Shown here one piece after another: positions 1 to 8,628 of a DNA stretch of 64,000 nt (positions are counted from its first letter, which is position 1; each line of letters begins with the position of its first letter). A program made the position numbers and the translations under genes. The notes under the pieces were generated by a model. That model had not been told where the DNA came from. It saw only the letters and a program-made list of their open reading frames with translations, and searched no databases. The stretch comes from Planctomycetota bacterium (GTDB taxonomy: Bacteria > Planctomycetota > B15-G4 > SIAN01): positions 416,001-480,000 of the forward strand of contig JANNXA010000055.1 of the NCBI GenBank assembly GCA_031409275.1, read 5' to 3'.

Positions 1-196
1 ACCCCATCGGACGCAGTTGCAGCTCGCCGAGACGTTGTGCGGCGCCCCTCAGCGCGGCGTCGACATCGACCGGCGTGAACGAGAGGCTGCCGAAGGAGAC
101 GACGATGGCGAGCGAGAAGAGCGCCAGCACCCACACGACTCGCTTGTCGCGCGCTTCGCGCCAGACATCGCCGATCAACGCCAGGAAGACGGTCAT
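1..196 (-). CDS. ABC transporter permease (N-terminal part; runs off the window edge)
   Basis: Not in the ORF track. Manual translation from ATG 196 gives MTVFLALIGDVWREARDKRVVWVLALFSLAIVVSFGSLSF..., an ABC-2 permease-type N-terminus. ATGA overlap with the stop of the ATPase gene. Confidence 0.75.
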   Translation of the reverse strand, partial: MTVFLALIGDVWREARDKRVVWVLALFSLAIVVSFGSLSFTPVDVDAALRGAAQRLGELQLRPMG

Positions 197-1170
197 CGTG
201 AAGCCCCCGCCCCGTTCGCGTCGGGTGACGCATTCGCATCCGGCGCTGCCGGCGCCGGCCCTCCCGCTTTCACGCTGTCGAGGAAGACCTCCTCGAGGCT
301 CTGCCGCTTGCTGCTCAGTCCGCGCAGGCCGATCCCGCGCGCGCGCAGGAAATCGACCACCGCGTCGATCTGCTCGTCCCGCTCCAGCACCAGGTCGACG
401 TTGCAGCCACCGCTGGCGCGCGCGGTCCCGAAGGCGCGAGCCAGCTCCCCCACCAGCGCATCGCCCGGGGGTTGCGAAAGGGTGACCTGAAGCGAGCGAT
501 CCGTCTGCGTGAGCTCGGCCACGGTGCCAACGCGGACGAGCTGGCCACGGCTCAAGATCCCGACGCGATCACACAGCTGCTCGACTTCGGAGAGGAGGTG
601 CGAGTTCAGGAAGATCGTCTTGCCCGCGCGACGCTGCGCTTCCAGCATCTCGCGAATCTGCGCGCGTCCGACCGGATCGATGCCGTCGGTGGGCTCGTCG
701 AGGAAGAGGATGTCGGGCTCGGCAATCAACGCCTGGGCCAGACCGAGGCGCTGTTTCATGCCTTTCGAGAAGCCGCGGACCTTGCTCCGAGCGACGTCAT
801 CGAGACCGACCTCGGACAACAGCGACTCCGCCCGCGGCCGCGCCGCCGACGGCGCAACCCCCGACAGCCCCGCGTAGAAGAGCAGCGCGCTCTGCGCCGT
901 GTGGTAGTCGGGAAAGCGGTGATCTTCCGGCAGGTAGCCCACGCGGCGACGCGCCGCCGTGCGACGCGAAGAGACATCGAGGAGCGACGTGGTGCCGCTG
1001 CTGGGTCGAACCAGATCGAGCAGCACCTTCACCAACGTGGTCTTGCCCGCACCGTTGGCGCCGAGCAGACCGAAGATCTCGCCGCGTTCGACCGCGAGCG
1101 AGACGTCCCGCAGCGCCTGGACGCCGTTGCGGTAGGTCTTCGAGACCCCCGAAGCCACGATCGCGCTCAT
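193..1170 (-). CDS. ABC transporter ATP-binding protein
   Basis: Walker A GANGAGKT, signature FSKGMKQR, Walker B LFLDEP, H-loop SH. Start trimmed to MSAIVASG. Confidence 0.93.
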   Translation of the reverse strand: MSAIVASGVSKTYRNGVQALRDVSLAVERGEIFGLLGANGAGKTTLVKVLLDLVRPSSGTTSLLDVSSRRTAARRRVGYLPEDHRFPDYHTAQSALLFYAGLSGVAPSAARPRAESLLSEVGLDDVARSKVRGFSKGMKQRLGLAQALIAEPDILFLDEPTDGIDPVGRAQIREMLEAQRRAGKTIFLNSHLLSEVEQLCDRVGILSRGQLVRVGTVAELTQTDRSLQVTLSQPPGDALVGELARAFGTARASGGCNVDLVLERDEQIDAVVDFLRARGIGLRGLSSKRQSLEEVFLDSVKAGGPAPAAPDANASPDANGAGASR

Positions 1171-1223
1171 CCACCGCCCTCCACCCCATTCAGGAACGGG
1201 GCGATGGTAACGGGGAGCCGAGT

Positions 1224-1910
1224 TCAGCCGTGCGAACAGCAGTTGCTGACCGGCTGGAGCCCTCGCCACATGGTGATCCCGCCGACCAGCAGCGTCACCA
1301 GCGCGCCAAGCCAGCCGATCCGCGCGCGCCATGGCAGCGCGAGTCGACCGCCAAGGCGCGCGAAGAGCAGCAGCGCCGGCAACGTGGCCGCTCCGAACGT
1401 GGCCATCGCCGCCGCGCCCGCGAGGCCGCTACCGGAAGCGGCGGCGAGCCCGAGCGCGGCCGCGGTCACTCCGCAAGGGAGGAGGCCGTTCGCGGCGCCA
1501 AACAGCAGTTGCGCCACCGCCCCATCGCCATGCGCCAGCGCGCGCACTCCCGCCGCAGCCCTGTGCGTCGCGCGCCGGAAGACCTCAGCGAGGCGCGCCG
1601 GGACGAGGCGCGAAATGACGCCGAATTGGTGCAGCGCCAACGCAAGCATCACGCCGCCGGCCAGCAGCGCGAGCGCCCGTTGCGCGCTCTCGCTCTGGGC
1701 CGCGCGCTGCCCCGCACTCCCCGCCAGCGAGCCGAGGAACGAATAGGTCGCGACACGTCCCAGGTGGAATCGCAGGAGTCGGCGCCACGCATGACCACCG
1801 CGCGCCGTCAGCATCAACGAGAAACCGCCGCACATGCCGATGCAATGGAGCGTGCTGCCGACCCCGAGCGTGGCAGCCAGCGCGAGCGACGGCCACGGCA
1901 CGAACGTCAC
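1224..1910 (-). CDS. DsbD_2 / TauE-SafE-like membrane protein of the type found in cbb3 assembly clusters
   Basis: HCIGMCGG and NGLLPCG motifs, about 6 hydrophobic segments. GTG start 1 nt after the upstream stop. Confidence 0.85.
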   Translation of the reverse strand: MTFVPWPSLALAATLGVGSTLHCIGMCGGFSLMLTARGGHAWRRLLRFHLGRVATYSFLGSLAGSAGQRAAQSESAQRALALLAGGVMLALALHQFGVISRLVPARLAEVFRRATHRAAAGVRALAHGDGAVAQLLFGAANGLLPCGVTAAALGLAAASGSGLAGAAAMATFGAATLPALLLFARLGGRLALPWRARIGWLGALVTLLVGGITMWRGLQPVSNCCSHG

Positions 1911-1911
1911 T

Positions 1912-2556
1912 TCAGGCGACCTCAGGTGCACGCGGCAGCTGCGGCGGCTCGAAGCGCCCGACGAACGCGAGCAGCGTCAGGCTGACCGCGAAGACGACGT
2001 GCGTCGACAACGCGACCAGCACCGGGACTTCGCGCACGATCCAGTCGCCGCCAAAGAGCATCGGCTGCAGCCACGACAGGATCCCGTAGTAGCCGACCAG
2101 CCAGAGGCCGATGCCAGCGGCAACCGCAAGACCGAGGCGCCGCCCGAGACGCGCCGTCGGGAAGAAGCGCTGGCCGATGACATGGAGCGCCGCGCCGAGC
2201 GCCATTCCGGTCGCGAGGTAGAGCAGCACGCCCGTCGACAGCGCGAAACCGTCCTCACTCGTCAGCGCTCGCTCACGCAACGGGAAGGTGAGGTAGACCT
2301 TGATCAGTTGCAGCGGATGCTTGCCGACCAGCAGCGCTCCCACGATGTTGAACAACAGGCTCGCGCCCGCCGCCACGAGTCCGAGGATGCTGCCCACCAC
2401 GACGTGAAAGGCGAGATAGAAGCGCTCCGGCCACCATCCCGCCGCCGCGGCCGGGGCCTGCAGGCTCTCGCGCAGCGCCGACAGACGCGCTTCGAGTGCG
2501 ATCAGCTCCGCTTCCGCCTGCGGTCGTGACGACGTCGACGCCCCTTGTGGTTCCAT
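1912..2556 (-). CDS. Multi-pass membrane protein of unknown function, first gene of the leftward cbb3-associated operon
   Basis: ATG 2556 (MEPQGAST). Short coiled-coil followed by about 4-5 TM segments; translationally coupled to the DsbD_2 gene. Confidence 0.75.
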   Translation of the reverse strand: MEPQGASTSSRPQAEAELIALEARLSALRESLQAPAAAAGWWPERFYLAFHVVVGSILGLVAAGASLLFNIVGALLVGKHPLQLIKVYLTFPLRERALTSEDGFALSTGVLLYLATGMALGAALHVIGQRFFPTARLGRRLGLAVAAGIGLWLVGYYGILSWLQPMLFGGDWIVREVPVLVALSTHVVFAVSLTLLAFVGRFEPPQLPRAPEVA

Positions 2557-2611
2557 CGCAGCTCTCCGTGTGGGCTTCTCGCCCTTCACTCGAATCGAGT
2601 CGCGCCACCTA

Positions 2612-2627
2612 TGCAACCTGCGGCCCG
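2612..2627 (-). promoter_or_regulatory. Putative sigma-54 -24/-12 promoter for the leftward operon
   Basis: Minus strand CGGGCCGCAGGTTGCA = GG-N10-GC with TTGCA, about 55 nt upstream of ATG 2556. The -24 box is imperfect. Confidence 0.55.
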
Positions 2628-2666
2628 TTGGCGCGTGCGCCGCCGCCATCGGAGCGGCAGTCGGTT

Positions 2667-2721
2667 CGGGACCCCGACATCGGGTGATCTTCCCTAGCGC
2701 AACGGGACCGATCGGGAGATC
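2667..2721. promoter_or_regulatory. Candidate enhancer (activator-binding) repeats between the divergent sigma-54 promoters
   Basis: Direct repeat ATCGGGTGATC (2679-2689) / ATCGGGAGATC (2711-2721), 32 bp apart, each preceded by CGGGACC. Palindrome CCCGA-CA-TCGGG at 2673-2684. Confidence 0.4.
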
Positions 2722-2771
2722 AACACCACGATTGCGATCGTCGTGCGAATCGCCACCCGGGCAGCCTCGCA

Positions 2772-2787
2772 TGGCACCGCAGGTGCA
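2772..2787 (+). promoter_or_regulatory. Sigma-54 -24/-12 promoter for the cytochrome c-ccoNO operon
   Basis: TGGCACCGCAGGTGCA matches TGGCAC-N5-(T)TGCA with GG-N10-GC, 45 nt before ATG 2833. Confidence 0.75.
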
Positions 2788-2832
2788 ATCGGCCGCCGCA
2801 TCCTGCGTAGGCCAACCGGTGCGAGGGCAAGC

Positions 2833-3633
2833 ATGATGCGACGATGGTGGACGGCAGCGCTGCTGCTGGGTGGCGCGCTGCTCGGTGTGTCGTGTTCGAA
2901 CGACGCCGACCAGAACTTCTACGAGTTCGGCGCGACGTCGAATCTGACCAGCGCGCAATGGCGCGGGCAGGAACTGTACCTGCGCTACTGCGCGGGGTGC
3001 CACGGCGACAAAGGCAACGGCAAGGGACCCGCCGCCCCGTTCCTCGACCCCAAGCCCCGCGATTTCACACGCGGCATCTTCAAGTTCCGCTCGACGCCGA
3101 GTTCTTCGCTGCCGACCGATGCCGACCTCGTGCGGACGATCCGCGAAGGGGTCCACGGCACGTCGATGCCAGCGTGGCGCGACCTGCCCGACGCCGAGGT
3201 GCAGTCGATCGTCGCCTACGTGAAGACGCTCGCCAAGCGTTTCAGCCGCGAGAAGCCTGCTCCCTCGCTGTCGCTCCCCGGCGCGCCGGCCGACATCGAC
3301 TCGCCGGCTCGCGTCGCGCGCGGCAAGCAGGTCTACGCCGACCTGAAGTGCGGGCTGTGCCACGGTGAAGGCGGAAAGGGCGACGGCTCGTCCGCCGGCA
3401 AGCTCGTCGACAGCGAAGGCAACCCGATCAAGCCCTTCGACTTCACGCGCAAGGAACCCAAAGGCGGCAGTCGCCCCGAGGACCTCTACCGCACGTTCAT
3501 GACCGGACTCGCCGGCACCCCGATGCCGGACTTCGCCGAGACCACGAGCGACGACCAGCAGCGCTTCGACCTCGTCGCGTTCGTCCGCTCGCTGCGCGCG
3601 GCCGCCAACGCCCCCGTCAAGGAGAGCCGATGA
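2833..3633 (+). CDS. Dihaem cytochrome c, probable lipoprotein (functional CcoP substitute)
   Basis: CAGCH and CGLCH, each followed by a distal Met motif (GTSMP, GTPMP). Signal peptide ending LLGVSC. Overlaps the ccoN start. Confidence 0.88.
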   Translation: MMRRWWTAALLLGGALLGVSCSNDADQNFYEFGATSNLTSAQWRGQELYLRYCAGCHGDKGNGKGPAAPFLDPKPRDFTRGIFKFRSTPSSSLPTDADLVRTIREGVHGTSMPAWRDLPDAEVQSIVAYVKTLAKRFSREKPAPSLSLPGAPADIDSPARVARGKQVYADLKCGLCHGEGGKGDGSSAGKLVDSEGNPIKPFDFTRKEPKGGSRPEDLYRTFMTGLAGTPMPDFAETTSDDQQRFDLVAFVRSLRAAANAPVKESR

Positions 3634-5075
3634 CCCCTGCCGCCGTCGTTGCACTCCCCGCCGCGCCCGCCGACACGCTGGTGCCGCTCGTCGATCTGAC
3701 GCTGGTGCGCCGCCATCTGCTGGCGGGGTTCATCTGGCTGCTCACTTCGATGTTCGCCGGGCTGCTGGTCTCGTTGCAGTTCCTCGGCCACTACCCGATC
3801 GACTTCGTCGAGATCTTCTCGCCCGGTCGCGTCCGCATGGTCCACACCAACCTGGTGGCGTTCGGCTTCCTGCTGAACAGCATGGCCGGCGTCGCCTACT
3901 GGATCGTGCCGCGCCTGACCGGCTTGCGGCTGCCGTGGCCGCGCGTCGCCCGCTTCAATTTCTGGCTGATGCAGCTGATGGATGTGCTGCTGATCGGACT
4001 GCTGCTCGGCGGCCAGGCGCAGGCGGTCGAATGGGGTGAGACGCCCGTCATCCTCGATCCGCTGGTGGCGCTGGTCGCGGTGATCTTCTTCCTCAACATC
4101 GGCGCCTGCATGTTCAAGATCGGCCGGCGCCCGGTCTACGTCACGCTCTGGTATTTCAGCGCGGCGACGATCTGGACCGCGCTCACCTACCTGATGGGCA
4201 ACTACCTGCCGCAGTTCTTCGTGCCCGGCGCCGCGGGCGGCGCCATCGCCGGTCTCTACATCCACGACCTCGTCGGGCTGTTCGTGACACCGCTCGGTTG
4301 GGGCGCGATGTACTTTTTCGTCCCGCTGCTGCTCAAGCGCCCGATCTACAGCCACGCGCTGTCGCTGATCGGCTTCTGGGGGCTCGCGTTCTTCTACCCC
4401 CTGCAGGGCGTCCACCACTTCTTGTGGAGCCCGATCCCGATGTACGCGCAGTACGGGGCCGTGGTGTCGACCATCGCCGTCGAGATCGTCGTCGCGACCG
4501 TCATCGTCAACTTCTTCCTGACGCTGCGCGGGCAGATGGATCAGCTGCGCACCAGCCTGCCGCTGCGCTGGTTCTATACGGGGATGATCCTCTACTTCAC
4601 GACGTGCCTGCAGTGCTCGATCCAGGTGTTGCTGTCGGTGCAGAAGATCATCCACTTCAGCGACTGGGTGGTCGGCCACGCGCACTTGGTCATGTTCGGA
4701 GTGTTCGGCTTCTGGCTGTTCGGGATCATGATCCACCTGTGGCCGAAGCTGACGGGCCGCCCTTGGTGGTCCGAGAAGCTGAACGCCTGGCACTACTGGC
4801 TCTCGACCGCCGGGCTCGTGACGATGTTCCTCGACCTGCTGGTGGCCGGCGTCATGCAGGGGTTCCTCTGGCGCGACCTCGCCCCTTGGGAGGCGTCGGT
4901 GATCGCCTCGGTGCCGTTCTGGGCGGTGCGCACGGTCGCCGGAATGACGATCGCCGCGGGCCAGGTCTGCCTGGCCTGGAACATGTGGAAGTCGCGCGGC
5001 GCACGCGCGCACGCGCCGATGGTCCCGTACTTCACCCCGGTCGATGCGACGCGCAGCGGCGCGTCGCCGACCTGA
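3630..5075 (+). CDS. ccoN: cbb3-type cytochrome c oxidase subunit I (atypical C-family)
   Basis: GRVRMVHTN, H212 (HDLVG), Y256, HH262-263, GHAH350-352. Spacing matches CcoN haem/CuB ligands and the helix-VII cross-link Tyr; about 12 TM. Confidence 0.93.
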   Translation: MTPAAVVALPAAPADTLVPLVDLTLVRRHLLAGFIWLLTSMFAGLLVSLQFLGHYPIDFVEIFSPGRVRMVHTNLVAFGFLLNSMAGVAYWIVPRLTGLRLPWPRVARFNFWLMQLMDVLLIGLLLGGQAQAVEWGETPVILDPLVALVAVIFFLNIGACMFKIGRRPVYVTLWYFSAATIWTALTYLMGNYLPQFFVPGAAGGAIAGLYIHDLVGLFVTPLGWGAMYFFVPLLLKRPIYSHALSLIGFWGLAFFYPLQGVHHFLWSPIPMYAQYGAVVSTIAVEIVVATVIVNFFLTLRGQMDQLRTSLPLRWFYTGMILYFTTCLQCSIQVLLSVQKIIHFSDWVVGHAHLVMFGVFGFWLFGIMIHLWPKLTGRPWWSEKLNAWHYWLSTAGLVTMFLDLLVAGVMQGFLWRDLAPWEASVIASVPFWAVRTVAGMTIAAGQVCLAWNMWKSRGARAHAPMVPYFTPVDATRSGASPT

Positions 5076-5096
5076 CCTCCGCGGAGAGAGCTCGCC

Positions 5097-5735
5097 ATGG
5101 AACGGGTACGCGCAATCCTGCTGCTCGCCGGCGTCTTCTTCTTCGCCCTTTCGTTCGCGCTGATGGGCGTCCTGCCGATGGTGACGCTGTCGGACCTGCC
5201 CACGCAGACGCTCGCGGAGGTCGCGCCGGTGGTCCAGGAGAGCTTCGTCGATCTTCAGGAGCGCTGGCCCGCCGCCTTCGACAAGGCGTTCGGCGAAGTG
5301 TCGCTCGAGAGCTACCACGCGGCACTGCGCCGCGGCCGCGAGATCTACATCGGCGAAGGCTGCTGGCACTGCCACTCGCAGTTCGTCCGGCCGGTCAGCA
5401 ACGAAGGCCTGCGCTTCGGCCCGGTCTCGATCGCGGAGGAGTACCAGAACGAGATGCAGATGCCGGTGCTGTTCGGCACTCGTCGCGTCGGACCGGACCT
5501 CACCCGCGAAGGCGGCAAGCGCCCGAACGACTGGCATGCCGCCCACTTCTTCGATCCGCCGAGCGTGGTCCCTTCCAGCGTGATGCCGCGCTATCCGTGG
5601 CTCTTCGAGCCCGTGGTCGGCGGAGTGCTGCCGACGCCGCCCAACCGCGACGGATTGAGCCTGATCGCCTACGTGCAATGGCTCGGCAAGTGGCCGCGCC
5701 CCGACGTCGAAGCCCCGGTGGCGGAGAGCCCATGA
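5097..5735 (+). CDS. ccoO: cbb3-type cytochrome c oxidase subunit II
   Basis: GREIYIGEGCWHCHSQFVRP, FGTRRVGPDLTREGG, SVMPRY; N-terminal TM. Confidence 0.95.
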   Translation: MERVRAILLLAGVFFFALSFALMGVLPMVTLSDLPTQTLAEVAPVVQESFVDLQERWPAAFDKAFGEVSLESYHAALRRGREIYIGEGCWHCHSQFVRPVSNEGLRFGPVSIAEEYQNEMQMPVLFGTRRVGPDLTREGGKRPNDWHAAHFFDPPSVVPSSVMPRYPWLFEPVVGGVLPTPPNRDGLSLIAYVQWLGKWPRPDVEAPVAESP

Positions 5736-6061
5736 ACGTTCCGACGATTCCGGACAAGGCACCGCGCTGGCTGCTGATCACCTTCATCGTGGTGGTCGGC
5801 ATCGCGGGATACGGCTTCCTCTTCAAGCTCGTCGAGTTCGCGCACACTCTGAACGCCGCGCCCGACGTGAGCTTCGCGCTGATGCCGATGGTCACCTACC
5901 TGGCGGTGGCCGCCGGATTCTTCTGCCTGCTGGGCTGGGCGACGCTGACCGGACAGTGGAAGGACATCGAGGGCCCCAAACGCTGGATGCTCGAGAACGA
6001 GGCGGCGCTCGACGCAGCGACGCCGGCACCGGACGCCGACGAGGCGAGCGCGACGCCGTGA
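5732..6061 (+). CDS. Extended CcoS/FixS-like cbb3 maturation protein
   Basis: C-terminal WATLTGQWKDIEGPKRWML resembles the CcoS motif W..SGQFDD.EGP..RIL. Two TM. ATGA/GTGA overlaps with ccoO and the ATPase. Confidence 0.75.
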   Translation: MNVPTIPDKAPRWLLITFIVVVGIAGYGFLFKLVEFAHTLNAAPDVSFALMPMVTYLAVAAGFFCLLGWATLTGQWKDIEGPKRWMLENEAALDAATPAPDADEASATP

Positions 6062-8148
6062 TCGAGCCGGCCGCCGCCGCCTGCACCCAATGCGGGCTGC
6101 CGTTGCCACGCCGCGCCGCGAGCGCCGACGCGGCGCCGCGCTTCTGCTGTCTCGGCTGCGAGATCGTCGCGGCGATCGGAGGTCCCGGCGACGCCGCCCG
6201 CTCCGGCCTGCTGCTGGCACGCATCGGGCTCGCCGCATTCCTCTCGATGAACGTGATGATGATCGCGTTCGCGCTGTTCGGGGCGACGCCGGCCGACGGC
6301 CCGCTGCCGGGTTGGGTGACGCTGCTGCGCTGGCTGTCGTTGGTGTTGGCGACGCCTGCGCTGCTGATCCTGGTGCCGCCGCTGGCACGAGCAGGCCTCG
6401 CGCGCGCGGGTGGTGCACGGCTGCGCCTCGAACTGCTGGTCGTGACCGCGGCGCTCGCGGCCTACGCGATCTCCGTGATCCACACGATCCGCGAGCGCGG
6501 CGACATCTGGTTCGACACCGCGACCATGGTGCTGCTGGTGGTGATGCTCGGCAGCTGGCTCGCCGCGCGCGCACGCACGCAGGCGCGCAGTGATCTCGCC
6601 CGCCTCTTCGCCGCCACCGACGCCACGTTCGCCGTCGAGCGCGACGGAGCGCTCCTGACGCTGGCGGAAGCGCGGCTCGAGCGGGGCGATCTCGTCACGG
6701 TCGGCCGCGGCGCGCGCGTTCCGGTCGACGGCTGCGTCGAGCGCAGCGACGGCGCGCGGGTCGATGCCTCGCTCCTGACCGGCGAACCGGGCGCGCGTCC
6801 GATCCTCGCCGGCGCCGTACTGCGCGCCGGTGAACTGCTGCGCGAAGGATCGCTGGTGCTGCGGGCGACCGCGGTCGGCGCCGATTCGACGCTGGGTCGA
6901 CTGCAGGCAGCGCTGGAGAAGGCGCTCGCGCGACCGTCCGCAACGGTCCGCGCGGTCGACCGCGCGGCGCAACTGCTGGTGCTCACCACCGCGGCCTGTG
7001 CCGTGTCGGTGCTCGGCTGGTTCGCCTGGCATGGCCACGCCGAGGTCGGGCTGCAGCGGGCGCTCGCGCTCCTGGTCGTCGCCTGCCCGTGCAGCATCGC
7101 CATCGCCGCGCCACTGACGCTGACGCGCGCGCTGCAAGCGGCCGCGCAACTCGGGGCGGTCGTGCAGTCGCTCGACGGATTCGAGCGGCTCGGTCAGGTG
7201 AGCGCGGTGGCTGCCGACAAGACCGGCACCCTCACCACCGGCGAAGGCGCCGAGCTCACCCTGGAGCCGATCGCGGGCGGCCTCGACGAATCGACTGCGA
7301 GCGCTTTGCTGGCGGCCCTTGCGCGCGCCTCGCAACACCCGATCGCGTGCGCGCTGCGCGAGCGGCTGGCGGGCATCGAGCCCGCGACGCTCCTCGCCAT
7401 CGAGGAGCAGCCGGGTCGCGGACTCGTCGCGCGTGACGCGGCGGGACGGGTCATCACGCTGCTGCGTGCCGTGCCGCACGCGAACGACGCGGCGGCGTTG
7501 CGCTCGACGCTTGCGATCGATGGCGTGGCGCAGTTCGACGTGCGCCTGGTCGAGCGACTTCGCGTCGGCGTCGAATCGCTCGGCCACGCCCTGAAGTCGC
7601 GCGGCATCGAGCTGGCGTTGCTGTCGGGCGACGACGAGCGGCGCGTGCTCCCACTGGCGCAGTCGCTGTCCGCGAGCGGCCAGGGCGGGCTCACGCCAGA
7701 ACAGAAGGCGGTGCAGCTCGCCCGTCTGCGGCCACCGGGCCGCGGCATCGCGTGGCTTGGCGACGGCGCCAACGACGCGATCGCGCTGGCGGGCGCAGAC
7801 GTCTCGATCGTCGTCGATCGTCGGCTCGAGTGGCTCGCCGACGCCGCCGACCTCGTGCTCCTAGGCGAGCGCGTCGGCACGCTGCCGCAACTGATCGACG
7901 TGGCCCGCCGCGCCCGACGTCGCATCGTCGCGGCGCTGGCATGGGCGGCGCTCTACCACGTGGTGACGCTCGGACTCGGAGTCACCGGGGTGCTCACCCC
8001 CGCGCTCGCCGCGTTGGCGATGGCGCTTGGCAGCGTCGCGGTCGTGCAAGCGAGCCTGAGGCCGCTCACGTCGACACCGGTCGCCGACGCGACGTCGGCT
8101 CGTGTTCCCGCTTCGATGGCACTCTTCGCAGGAGCGAATCCGTCATGA
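6058..8148 (+). CDS. ccoI: P1B-type heavy-metal (Cu) ATPase, CcoI/FixI-like
   Basis: N-terminal CTQC...FCCLGC, TGE, ACPC, DKTGTLT, HP, GDGAND. GTG start. Confidence 0.88.
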   Translation: MIEPAAAACTQCGLPLPRRAASADAAPRFCCLGCEIVAAIGGPGDAARSGLLLARIGLAAFLSMNVMMIAFALFGATPADGPLPGWVTLLRWLSLVLATPALLILVPPLARAGLARAGGARLRLELLVVTAALAAYAISVIHTIRERGDIWFDTATMVLLVVMLGSWLAARARTQARSDLARLFAATDATFAVERDGALLTLAEARLERGDLVTVGRGARVPVDGCVERSDGARVDASLLTGEPGARPILAGAVLRAGELLREGSLVLRATAVGADSTLGRLQAALEKALARPSATVRAVDRAAQLLVLTTAACAVSVLGWFAWHGHAEVGLQRALALLVVACPCSIAIAAPLTLTRALQAAAQLGAVVQSLDGFERLGQVSAVAADKTGTLTTGEGAELTLEPIAGGLDESTASALLAALARASQHPIACALRERLAGIEPATLLAIEEQPGRGLVARDAAGRVITLLRAVPHANDAAALRSTLAIDGVAQFDVRLVERLRVGVESLGHALKSRGIELALLSGDDERRVLPLAQSLSASGQGGLTPEQKAVQLARLRPPGRGIAWLGDGANDAIALAGADVSIVVDRRLEWLADAADLVLLGERVGTLPQLIDVARRARRRIVAALAWAALYHVVTLGLGVTGVLTPALAALAMALGSVAVVQASLRPLTSTPVADATSARVPASMALFAGANPS

Positions 8149-8327
8149 ACGATGTCGTGCAGGCGACCGGCTCGAATCCGCCCGAGAACGCGTTGTCCGA
8201 CCACGAGGAGGCCGCCGCCGAACGCTCGCGCCTCACCTACATCGGCCACGCCTTGCCGTGGCCCGTCGTGGTGCTGTGGGCAGCGTTCCTGCTGTTCGGA
8301 CTGATCTACTTCGTCGTCCACTTGTGA
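8145..8327 (+). CDS. 60-aa single-TM peptide resembling the CcoP N-terminal (FixP_N) segment
   Basis: ATGA overlap with the ATPase stop; ...DHEE...YIGHALPWPVVVLWAAFLLFGLIYF. Confidence 0.65.
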   Translation: MNDVVQATGSNPPENALSDHEEAAAERSRLTYIGHALPWPVVVLWAAFLLFGLIYFVVHL

Positions 8328-8376
8328 CCGCGGCCGCGCGCGCGGCGAGACGTTCGCTGCGGCGCGCGAACGAGCG

Positions 8377-8628
8377 TCACGGCCTGGCGGCGGGACCCGG
8401 GTCGGTCGGCGACGGTGTGGTCAGCACGAGCTTGAAGCACCACAGCGTCATGACCCAGACGAAGGCGAGCGAGAGCAGCATGAACGCCCACCCGCCTGCG
8501 GAGAGCGGTTGCGCAGTCGCTCGCGCCGCGATCGGCGCCTCCTGCGCGACGGCCATCGCCGAGGTGGCAACCCACCCCGCGACGGTCGCGATCACGCGGC
8601 CGAAACGGTCGAAGTAGCGGCGGTTCAT
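8377..8628 (-). CDS. Small membrane protein coupled to the NSS transporter (MetS-like accessory subunit?)
   Basis: ATGA overlap with the transporter stop; TM segment GGWAFMLLSLAFVWVMTLWCFKLVL. Confidence 0.65.
   Translation of the reverse strand: MNRRYFDRFGRVIATVAGWVATSAMAVAQEAPIAARATAQPLSAGGWAFMLLSLAFVWVMTLWCFKLVLTTPSPTDPGPAARP

Noticed and set aside
2684..2724. FNR/FixK box upstream of the oxidase
   Set aside because: GTGAT and ATCAA half-sites exist but are about 30 bp apart, not TTGAT-N4-ATCAA.
3630..5075. Nitric oxide reductase (NorB) assignment
   Set aside because: Lacks HLWVEG, retains the helix-VII cross-link Tyr, and is flanked by ccoO, ccoS-like and Cu-ATPase genes.
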